Of a DNA stretch of 64,000 nt, positions 37,857 to 46,114 are shown piece by piece (position 1 is the first letter of the stretch; each line of letters starts with the position of its first letter). Origin of the DNA: a virus; IMG/VR virus record IMGVR_UViG_3300000553_000014, positions 24,303-88,302 of that record; one strand, written 5' to 3'. The position numbers and the translations under genes were made by a program. A model generated the notes under the pieces. That model was not told the DNA's origin, ran no database searches, and saw only the letters and a list, made by a program, of their open reading frames with translations.

Positions 37857-38128
37857 TACGCACCAGCAAATAATGATATTTTCAAGATATATAAAATTGA
37901 GTGGACAATACTCAAGATACTAAAGAAAATTCAATAATTTACTGGTGCGTTTTGTTATATAGATATTTAATATAATTTGTAATAATAATACATAAAACTA
38001 ATCGTACCTGTAATATATTGATATAGAAGTAATCGCACCAGGTATAAAGTGTATATTTTGAGTTATATGATAAAAACAAGCATATACTCAAGGAAAAAAA
38101 ATAAAAAGATATAATTTTCTGGTACGTT
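37857..38128 (+). repeat. CGYACCAG units 7 (37857-37951) and 8 (38032-38128) with half-site at 38001
   Basis: Inverted arms. Near-identical to 37213-37397 over 185 bp. Confidence 0.9.
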
Positions 38129-38148
38129 ATTTTCGAATTAACTCAGTT

Positions 38149-38178
38149 TACTCAATTTTTTAATAAAAAACGGATATA
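38149..38178 (+). promoter_or_regulatory. phage promoter motif copy 18 (TACTCA-N16-CGGATATA variant)
   Basis: Same spacing, upstream of an ORF. Confidence 0.65.
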
Positions 38179-38205
38179 ACTAATATAATTAATAAATTTA
38201 AAAAA

Positions 38206-38643
38206 ATGAATACAAATTTAATTCAGCAATTAAAACAAACTAAGTCAAGCTTAATAACTATTGAATATTTATTAATAAATTCATATATTGAAAATTTCAA
38301 TATTGATGAATTTGTTGAAAATGAAGCAGATATGTTTGAATCTAATGAAAGAAATAAAATTAATACAACAAAATTAGCATTACTGAGCAATTTCAGTTAT
38401 TATGTTTGTTGTGAAATTTTTGATATTTTTGAAGATGAAAATTTTTGGAATGAAATGTGTGAAATATTTCCAATAATAATTGGAAAATGTGACAATTCTG
38501 GAGCTACTGATACACCTATTGATATAATTCAAATTATTTTTGAAGAAGATAAAATTGAAAAAATTGAAACAATTTTATTTGAAAAAATTTTTAGTTTATA
38601 TTCAAGTTGTCTTAATAAATTAACAGAACATTTAATAAATTAA
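38206..38643 (+). CDS. acidic hypothetical protein
   Basis: 145-aa ORF after promoter motif. Confidence 0.7.
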   Translation: MNTNLIQQLKQTKSSLITIEYLLINSYIENFNIDEFVENEADMFESNERNKINTTKLALLSNFSYYVCCEIFDIFEDENFWNEMCEIFPIIIGKCDNSGATDTPIDIIQIIFEEDKIEKIETILFEKIFSLYSSCLNKLTEHLIN

Positions 38644-38648
38644 ATCAA

Positions 38649-38879
38649 ATGGAATTTGCAATAAATGTTCAGAAAAAATCTGAAATTATTGAATTTTTTT
38701 CAGATAAAGATATTCTTTTGAATATCGATAATAAAAAACAAAAGGCTAAATTAAGTGGCTCAAAATTAGATTTTCCAATTGTTAGTACTTTAACAGTAAA
38801 TTGTGAAATTAGTTGGGCTCTGGCTTTAAGATTAATGTTAAAAGTTCAAAATAATGAACAAGCGATTGTGCATTATTAA
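38649..38879 (+). CDS. hypothetical protein
   Basis: ORF track. Confidence 0.65.
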   Translation: MEFAINVQKKSEIIEFFSDKDILLNIDNKKQKAKLSGSKLDFPIVSTLTVNCEISWALALRLMLKVQNNEQAIVHY

Positions 38880-38909
38880 AAAATAAATTATTTACGAAAA
38901 TATTTTGAC

Positions 38910-38939
38910 ACCCCATTTATTTATAATATAATGGATATA
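38910..38939 (+). promoter_or_regulatory. phage promoter motif copy 19
   Basis: ACCCCA-N16-TGGATATA. Confidence 0.7.
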
Positions 38940-38979
38940 AATATTATATAAAAATAGTATTAATCAATAAAAAAATAAT

Positions 38980-39216
38980 ATGTCTGAAAAAAATAAATGT
39001 ACTGGTTGCATTTCAATAAATGATTGCGATAGTTTATGCAAAAATTGTTCAAAAAGTGATGATTGTTACCATTTTGGAGATAATGATTTTGCAGAAAGTT
39101 GTGAATTTTCTTCAAAAAATCAAAATAATGTTGAAAATGATACATTTGAGACAATTGAAAATGAAAATGAAACAAAAGAAATTTCAAATATGGATAAATT
39201 ATTAGAATCGATTTAA
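38980..39216 (+). CDS. small Cys-rich acidic protein
   Basis: CTGC...CDSLCKNC...C...C. Confidence 0.65.
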   Translation: MSEKNKCTGCISINDCDSLCKNCSKSDDCYHFGDNDFAESCEFSSKNQNNVENDTFETIENENETKEISNMDKLLESI

Positions 39217-39254
39217 TGTTGATTTGAATTTTAATTTAATCTTAATTTGTTATA

Positions 39255-39356
39255 AAAAGCTCAGAACTTAATTGTTTTGGGCTTTATTTGTTTAATTTTT
39301 AATTTATCATAAAATAAAAAAGCTCAGAACAATTAAGTTCTGAGCTTTTTTATTTT
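39255..39356. terminator. paired convergent terminators at the strand switch
   Basis: Two aaagctcagaac hairpins (39256-39284 and 39311-39356) that are inverted near-copies of each other. Confidence 0.8.
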
Positions 39357-39369
39357 AACTAATTTGATT

Positions 39370-39858
39370 TTAAATAAAAAATAATTTTGTATCAATGTTA
39401 ATTGGTGAATCAAAAACAATTGTTATTTTATTATTTAATGTTGTTATGTTTGGATACATAATTTGACCATTTGCATTTTTAATCTGAATTATTAAATTAT
39501 CAACATTCCAACCAGAATTTGTACTATTTGTTATTTCAAATGTATATTGGTCAACACATTTAATTAAATAAGTTGTTGTTCCAATTATTTGAGAAACTGT
39601 ATTTCCAATTCCAATCGTATAACTTAATAATATTGAATTTTTTTGCGTTTTGTAATTTTCTAAAACATTTGCGAATATTGTATCAATATTTGTTAAACCT
39701 TGCAAATAAGTTAAATATGTTTGTAATTCAGTAAGCCAAGTTGATAAATTTTCAAAATTTCTTTCAGTTGTAAAAAAATTTGAATTTATGGTATTTTCTG
39801 AAGTTATTTCAGAAAATACCAAAATATTCATTAAAAAATCTTGTGGTGATGTTGGCAT
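39370..39858 (-). CDS. hypothetical (possibly structural) protein
   Basis: ORF at the end of the minus-strand module. Confidence 0.7.
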   Translation of the reverse strand: MPTSPQDFLMNILVFSEITSENTINSNFFTTERNFENLSTWLTELQTYLTYLQGLTNIDTIFANVLENYKTQKNSILLSYTIGIGNTVSQIIGTTTYLIKCVDQYTFEITNSTNSGWNVDNLIIQIKNANGQIMYPNITTLNNKITIVFDSPINIDTKLFFI

Positions 39859-39862
39859 AATA

Positions 39863-40201
39863 TTATTTTTTATTATATTGAACAGCTAAACGAGTTTTAT
39901 CTGAATCTGTTAATTTTGCATCAATTGTATTTAAATAGCTTTGAATACTATCTAAAAAGGCTTCGAAACTGTTTGTATTTTCTTTATGCCATTTCAATCC
40001 AAACATATTACCGGTATCAATATTCATTCCACCTATAGCAACTCCGCAATCAAATTTGAATTGTTTTGATTTAACCGTAAAAACAGTTTCAATATTCTGT
40101 TGATTTTCAATTTTCGGAGCATTTTTGGCATTTTCTTGTAATTTTTTTGGAGTTATTTTTGCTTCTTCGTTTAAAGATACAAATTGAGTTTTTATATTCA
40201 T
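39863..40201 (-). CDS. hypothetical protein, possible internal head protein
   Basis: N-terminal FVSLNEE / LQEN motifs like those of the head proteins. Confidence 0.65.
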   Translation of the reverse strand: MNIKTQFVSLNEEAKITPKKLQENAKNAPKIENQQNIETVFTVKSKQFKFDCGVAIGGMNIDTGNMFGLKWHKENTNSFEAFLDSIQSYLNTIDAKLTDSDKTRLAVQYNKK

Positions 40202-40222
40202 ATAGATTTTGAATTTTAATTT

Positions 40223-42247
40223 TTAATAAGTTCTGAAATATTCTGCAATTTCTTCATCTAATGGATTTGTGTCAGATGTTTGATATATATCTGAAAGTTT
40301 TTTTCCATCAGATAACATACGATTCAATTCTTTGTCATTATCTGCAAAAGCTTCTCTTAGTTCATCTCTTTCAAGTTTTATTCCCAATTCTTCACGACTA
40401 TTTGAAAGTATATTTATATTTTCTTGATTTGCTTTACAATACATCAAAAGATATTCAAATCCTGCTTTAATTGATGGATTATCCATCATAATAACATTTA
40501 TTTTTTCTCCTAAAACTTTTAATCTTGTTGAAATTGCTGAAGCATCAAAAGTTTTTGTTTCACCATCATTTGCATAATATTGTGATAAAATTATTCCCAT
40601 TTCTTTTTGAGTATAATCTTCTCTTCCATTGTTTGCTGTACGTTTAAATTCAAGTCCAGTTGACATTAGAAATAATTTATAATCATATTTATTAAATATT
40701 TTTTTATTCGTTATTTCTTTGATTCCTGTTTCTTTATTAACTTCAGTTTTAAACAATCCAAATAAATCTTTTATACCTTTAATTAAACGTTCATATTCAC
40801 CTTTTGATTCAAGAAAAGTATCTTCTTTAACATCTGATACAACAGCATTTGCCCAAACATCACCAGAATCATTTTGTTGTCCACCACTTACCATATCAGT
40901 ATATTCACTTTCAGTCATAGTTTTTCCTGGTAAATCTTCCAATAAACCTTCAACCATATTTTCAAGTAAATCTTTTGGAATATCTTTAAATTCAGGATTA
41001 TTTTTTAAGAAATAATCAAATTGTTTTTTACGTCTAAAAACAATATTTGCCATACTATCTTTATTTATTCTTCCACCTGAACTTAATTCATATAAACCTT
41101 TTTGAATTGAATTAGTTATATAAGTATGTGCAAATCCTTCAAATGAAACTGCTGAATTTTCAAGTTTTTGAATATTATACCATTTATTAATAGCTACTGT
41201 TAAACCTAAAAGTCCATAAGCTACACAATCATCAAAATAATGTAACATATTTAAACTTGAACATCTATTATAAGCTATTGCTGATACATATTTAATATTT
41301 GCTGCGGCGAGTAATTCTTTTGGTTGTTTTTCTTCTGTTGAAAAATCAAAAATTTCAAACATTACATCAGTAATATCATTTTTACCTTTTAATTTTTTTA
41401 ATTCATTAGAAGCTTGTATTTTTATTTGGTCAATTTGTGTTTTTAATTCTGTTGTATCTTCACAATTTTCTTTCAATTCTTCTTTTAATTTACCCAAACT
41501 CATTTCTTTAACTTCTGGAACTGTAATATCTAAAATATCTGCAATATGTCCACAAAAATTATTATATTCTTGAAGTAATGTTTTATCATCAACATTTTCA
41601 GATTCAAGATTTGAATCTAATAAACTTTCAATATCAACAATTTCTTCATTATCATAATCTTCTTCTAATGAGGATTTTATCAAATTATGACTTTCTAATA
41701 ATTCTCGAAATTGACTCATTTTTGAAAGTAATGATAATGGATTTTTACTTTTATAAAGAGCTTCAAGTTCTTCACGTTGTTTTTTTAATTTCTTTAAATA
41801 ATCTGAATTTTTTATTCTTACTTCAACTTCAGTTCTTTCTTTTTTGTAATCTTTTTGTTTAAATAATTTTATGAACTCAGTTTTTTTAGCACCAAGGTCT
41901 AACATCAATTTTTTTGTTTTTTCAATTAAATCAGTATTCCCAGATTTTACATAAATAGCATATTCTTCTTTTAAAAGAGCTAATTGTTGTCCAATTGTTT
42001 TATACTGTGGTGATTTTGTAATGTAATTGATAATTTTTGAATTAGCATTTCTTGTTAAAGCTACATTGGTTGTTCCAATATCATCAACTTCTGCTTTTTT
42101 GTCATAATCTAAAGGAAATGAATTAGTTGAAGCATTTTCATCATTTTCCAAAAATTGTGGTTTTTTAGATGTTTTAATTTCTTTTGATTTAGATTCTTTT
42201 CCATAAACTAAATCTTCTAATTGTACTGGAGTCTGTGTTTTTGCCAT
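40223..42247 (-). CDS. sigma70-family RNA polymerase sigma factor-like protein with long N-terminal extension
   Basis: Region 2-like ANIKYVSAIAY...DDCVAYGLLGLTVAINKW...SFEGFAHTYITNSI. Region 4-like YKLFLMSTGL...DYTQKEMG...SAISTRLK. Confidence 0.72.
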   Translation of the reverse strand: MAKTQTPVQLEDLVYGKESKSKEIKTSKKPQFLENDENASTNSFPLDYDKKAEVDDIGTTNVALTRNANSKIINYITKSPQYKTIGQQLALLKEEYAIYVKSGNTDLIEKTKKLMLDLGAKKTEFIKLFKQKDYKKERTEVEVRIKNSDYLKKLKKQREELEALYKSKNPLSLLSKMSQFRELLESHNLIKSSLEEDYDNEEIVDIESLLDSNLESENVDDKTLLQEYNNFCGHIADILDITVPEVKEMSLGKLKEELKENCEDTTELKTQIDQIKIQASNELKKLKGKNDITDVMFEIFDFSTEEKQPKELLAAANIKYVSAIAYNRCSSLNMLHYFDDCVAYGLLGLTVAINKWYNIQKLENSAVSFEGFAHTYITNSIQKGLYELSSGGRINKDSMANIVFRRKKQFDYFLKNNPEFKDIPKDLLENMVEGLLEDLPGKTMTESEYTDMVSGGQQNDSGDVWANAVVSDVKEDTFLESKGEYERLIKGIKDLFGLFKTEVNKETGIKEITNKKIFNKYDYKLFLMSTGLEFKRTANNGREDYTQKEMGIILSQYYANDGETKTFDASAISTRLKVLGEKINVIMMDNPSIKAGFEYLLMYCKANQENINILSNSREELGIKLERDELREAFADNDKELNRMLSDGKKLSDIYQTSDTNPLDEEIAEYFRTY

Positions 42248-42389
42248 TTTGATTAAAATTTGAAATTATTACTTATTTGTTTCGTTTTATAGTTATTAAC
42301 AGAAACTATATTTTTTACAAAAATACAAATTATATTTAATATAAAAAAATTTATTTTTAATTATTTTTAATTATTTTCTTACCAAAATA

Positions 42390-44000
42390 TTATTGAACAG
42401 CATTTTGCATAAGTGCTGTACTATTTTTCGATGTTGGTTGTGTTGTTGAACCAGTACTATCATTTGGAACATTAACACTTGCAGTTGTTTTTGTTACGGA
42501 TTTAACTCCATTAGCAACAAAATCATAAGTTTCACCAAGAGCCGTATCTATTGCTTCTTTATTAAAACCAAAAAAATTACGAGTAGTTTTTGCAATATCT
42601 GTTGAATTTGATACTTCAACACTTTTTGGAGCATAATAAATTCTATGTTTACCCATATTAAACATCATTTCAATACCAGCTCTATCTTTTGATTGTCCAG
42701 GTTTTAATTTAACTTTAACTTGGAGTTTTGTTGGAAAATCTCCATAAGATAATGAATCTGTTGGAAAATTCCAATCAACATCAGTACAAATTAAATTTCC
42801 AACACATAAAATTGGATTAATAGGATTACCAATTGTTAAATGCCAAAATCCAGTTGGTTCACCTGATAATAAACTATTCATAGTTAAAATTCCTGGTCTA
42901 CCAACTTTATCTAATATTTTACCAAAAGCAACTTGAAATCCATTTGTAACAGCTTGTTTTAATGTATTTACAGCATTTCCTTTTTTACCAAATCCTGCAA
43001 TCATTGATTTTAAACTGGATGAAGCACCAAATAATTGTTCATCCATATCATCAGTATCCATATATTGATATTGTTGATAGAATTTTGAAGGTCTTTCTCC
43101 AATCCAATATCTTGAACCTGGCCAAAATTTACCATTATTGAATGTAGTTGCTAAAATATTTCCCATAATATCTTTCATAGCATATTCAGGAGTTCTTCCA
43201 TTTATTGAACGAAGGTCATATTCAAATGTTATTTCAAATTCTTTGTCAAAATCTAAACCAACATCACGAATATTTGTATTTGTTATAGAATCAACTGGTC
43301 CATAAACTTTATTTTGGTCATGTTTTGGGTCATAAGAATTAGCATTTTCTCCACGTAAATTATTTTTAGCTAATTCAGGGTCAAAAAGTGTCATTGCTTT
43401 TTTCATGAAACCAGAATATCCTGATTGGTCTCCTTGCATTGTTGCTTGTTCCATTTCAGAAGTCAATTCTTTCCATTTCATTTTATAACTAAATGATAAC
43501 AAATCATCAAGTTTATTAATATCTTGACTAAAATAAGTTACCATTCGAGCAATATCTGGTTGTTCTTGTGGAGCTGCGTTCTTAAAAGTTCCTTGAATAT
43601 CCCAAAGATTATCAGTACATGGATAAGGAAATCGTCTTAAAGTTATTAAATGATTAATTGGAAACCCAAGATTTTTACAATATAAAAAATCATCAACATC
43701 ATATTGTTGAGCTCCCATTCCTGTTGTCATTTTACATAAATCAGTAAAAGATATTGGTTTAAATTCAGGTCTTGAACGTAAATTTGTATCATTAAAAGGT
43801 AATCCATTAGCTAATTTTATCAAATGCAATTTATTAATAACAGAATTTGTTATTTGCCCTGATAATAATTTTGCTTGAAGTTCAGCATTTTGTTCTACAC
43901 CTTTAGTATCTTTAAATTTATCGACACCTTTAGTTATAGCAATATTCTGTGTTACTGAATAATTTGCTGGAGCTTCTTTAAGATTATCTAATTCACTCAT
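42390..44000 (-). CDS. putative virion structural (baseplate/tail) protein
   Basis: 536-aa ORF in the structural module. Function inferred from context only. Confidence 0.5.
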   Translation of the reverse strand: MSELDNLKEAPANYSVTQNIAITKGVDKFKDTKGVEQNAELQAKLLSGQITNSVINKLHLIKLANGLPFNDTNLRSRPEFKPISFTDLCKMTTGMGAQQYDVDDFLYCKNLGFPINHLITLRRFPYPCTDNLWDIQGTFKNAAPQEQPDIARMVTYFSQDINKLDDLLSFSYKMKWKELTSEMEQATMQGDQSGYSGFMKKAMTLFDPELAKNNLRGENANSYDPKHDQNKVYGPVDSITNTNIRDVGLDFDKEFEITFEYDLRSINGRTPEYAMKDIMGNILATTFNNGKFWPGSRYWIGERPSKFYQQYQYMDTDDMDEQLFGASSSLKSMIAGFGKKGNAVNTLKQAVTNGFQVAFGKILDKVGRPGILTMNSLLSGEPTGFWHLTIGNPINPILCVGNLICTDVDWNFPTDSLSYGDFPTKLQVKVKLKPGQSKDRAGIEMMFNMGKHRIYYAPKSVEVSNSTDIAKTTRNFFGFNKEAIDTALGETYDFVANGVKSVTKTTASVNVPNDSTGSTTQPTSKNSTALMQNAVQ

Positions 44001-44004
44001 TTTA

Positions 44005-44496
44005 TTAAATTAAAATTGAATTAATATCTGATAATTGTTTTTCAATATCATTTTTTATTACTGATATATATTCTTTACGTAAATTTCGTATTTTTTCTTC
44101 ACTATCTCTCATAAAAAAAGCATCAACTCTAAAATAATTTGCTGTAAAATCAAAATTTGGTCCAAGCATTGTGGATTTTTTATTCGATAAATCATTATTA
44201 ATACCATTAATAGTACTATAAGTAAAAAAGTTTTTACCTTTTATGAATTCATCAAAAATTTGTTGGGATTCAAGAATTTCATCAAATTTTACATAATATA
44301 TTTTATGTAAATTATCTAAAAACTTATCATAAACAATTGTACATTTTGCAATTAAAGGTCTATGAAAATCAACAACATTTGTAAATAAACAATATCCTAT
44401 ATCATCTTTAACAAGAAGAGGATTTTCTTTTGAATATAAATTTATAAATTCATTATATACAATTCCAAAAGTTTTGATATTAGATACTTGTGTCAT
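44005..44496 (-). CDS. hypothetical protein
   Basis: ORF track. Confidence 0.7.
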   Translation of the reverse strand: MTQVSNIKTFGIVYNEFINLYSKENPLLVKDDIGYCLFTNVVDFHRPLIAKCTIVYDKFLDNLHKIYYVKFDEILESQQIFDEFIKGKNFFTYSTINGINNDLSNKKSTMLGPNFDFTANYFRVDAFFMRDSEEKIRNLRKEYISVIKNDIEKQLSDINSILI

Positions 44497-45308
44497 TTGT
44501 TTTTTTTATTTAAATAATTATTAATAGTTTTTATTTCAGAATAAACAAAATCCAAAGAATTTTTTTCATTTTTTTCATTTGTTTCAGAAATAATAATAGG
44601 TATATCTTTTTTATTTATATCCATTATTTGTTCTTCAATATGGGCTGAAGTTAAATTTTTATCAATTGATTTTTTTTCATTAATATTAAGTAATTCATAT
44701 TTTAATGCTTGTTTTAATAAAGGTAAAATATTTAATGAAGTACTATTAACAATAAAATCAATAACTTCATTAATATCTAAATCCATTAAATCAATAGTTG
44801 CACGTAATTTATCAATTTCATAATTTAATGTTATTGGAATTTCAATATTAATAATAGGTTTTTTTATTTCATCTTTTGAAAAATTTGCTTTTTTATTTAA
44901 AATATCTATATTAATTTTTTTAAGTATAATTGATATATGACTTTCAGGTAATATTGTAATATTTTTAATTTCATTTTCATTTGAAAATTCCTCTTTAATT
45001 ATTTCAAATTTAGTTTTTGTATTTTCAGGAGTTTGTTTTGTTTGTAATGGAGTTTGAATTTCATTTAATTCAATTGCTTCAAAATCACCAAATATATCAG
45101 GAGTTTCTTTTTTAGCATATTCTAAATTAGGTATCATATCTAATCTTACATAATCATTTTCAATTACATAAGAAGGAATTGATTTTTTATCCAAAGTTAA
45201 CCAATTATCGGGATGCTTAACATCAGCTCCCATTATTCTTATTATTTCAGGTTTTTCTGTACCAATTGTTGATTTTAATTGATATTGTCCTGGTATTATT
45301 ATTATCAT
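44493..45308 (-). CDS. hypothetical protein
   Basis: ORF 44493..45392. ATG 45308 avoids overlap with the upstream gene. Confidence 0.7.
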   Translation of the reverse strand: MIIIIPGQYQLKSTIGTEKPEIIRIMGADVKHPDNWLTLDKKSIPSYVIENDYVRLDMIPNLEYAKKETPDIFGDFEAIELNEIQTPLQTKQTPENTKTKFEIIKEEFSNENEIKNITILPESHISIILKKINIDILNKKANFSKDEIKKPIINIEIPITLNYEIDKLRATIDLMDLDINEVIDFIVNSTSLNILPLLKQALKYELLNINEKKSIDKNLTSAHIEEQIMDINKKDIPIIISETNEKNEKNSLDFVYSEIKTINNYLNKKNK

Positions 45309-45316
45309 ATTATTAA

Positions 45317-45727
45317 TTATTTTATTTCCTTTATTAACTTGTTTATTTTTATCAAACCGTTTTTTAAGGAATCTTTTGATATTATTGAACATAATTCTAT
45401 GTTATTATTTTGAATTTCTTCATAATTATTTATTGAATTTGTAATTATAAAACGTAATAAATGCAAATCCGTTAATTTAATTGATTTAAAAATATCATTT
45501 ATTGTTGGTGTTAAAATATTTGTTTTTAATTGATTATACATTTGACAAATATCTTTGATAACTCTTTTATTAAAATCATTAACAAAAAAATTATTTTTTT
45601 TCAAAAAACAATAATTCAAAAAAATAATAATATTATTAATATCTTCTGGATTAGTATTATCATTTAATTTTTGTTTTATTTTATCAATATAATTTTTATT
45701 GAAATTTGAGATTTCTATGGTTTCCAT
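45317..45727 (-). CDS. hypothetical protein
   Basis: ORF track. Confidence 0.6.
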   Translation of the reverse strand: METIEISNFNKNYIDKIKQKLNDNTNPEDINNIIIFLNYCFLKKNNFFVNDFNKRVIKDICQMYNQLKTNILTPTINDIFKSIKLTDLHLLRFIITNSINNYEEIQNNNIELCSIISKDSLKNGLIKINKLIKEIK

Positions 45728-45730
45728 TAT

Positions 45731-46033
45731 TTAAATATTATTAATATTATTATTATTTTTTGATTTTATTAATGAATTTATTAATATTGTTTGTCTTTCT
45801 TTTAAAACTCGCATATATTGATATTGAACAATAGTTTTTTCCATTTTTGAATTTGTACAATCTTCACAAAAAATTTGATTTATACTATATTCATGAAATG
45901 AAATATATAGTGGTTTTAAACAATGTAAACAATACCATTTATATTTTGTTGTAAATTTATATTTTTCATTAAATCCTGTTTCTTTTGCGGAATTATATTT
46001 AATTTTGAAAGATTGTTCTTTAGTTAATTCCAT
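45731..46033 (-). CDS. Zn-finger hypothetical protein
   Basis: CLHC...CEDC. Confidence 0.65.
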   Translation of the reverse strand: MELTKEQSFKIKYNSAKETGFNEKYKFTTKYKWYCLHCLKPLYISFHEYSINQIFCEDCTNSKMEKTIVQYQYMRVLKERQTILINSLIKSKNNNNINNI

Positions 46034-46057
46034 TTTTATTATTATTAATTATTTAAA

Positions 46058-46093
46058 AAATATTTGGAGCCAAAATTTTGGCTCCAAATATTT
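46058..46093 (-). terminator. terminator after major capsid gene
   Basis: Perfect palindrome aaatatttggagccaaaattttggctccaaatattt. Confidence 0.75.
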
Positions 46094-46114
46094 AAATTAT
46101 TGATTATTTAATTA

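Noticed and set aside
35022-38128. CRISPR array interpretation of the CGYACCAG repeats
   Set aside because: The arms are only 8-16 bp and inverted, the spacers are 75-79 bp and homologous to each other, and genes are interspersed. No cas genes are present.
44616-44646. Minus-strand AGCCCA-N17-TGGATATA as a 20th promoter
   Set aside because: It is intragenic and has a 17-bp spacer, whereas all accepted copies have 16 bp. Possible but unsupported.
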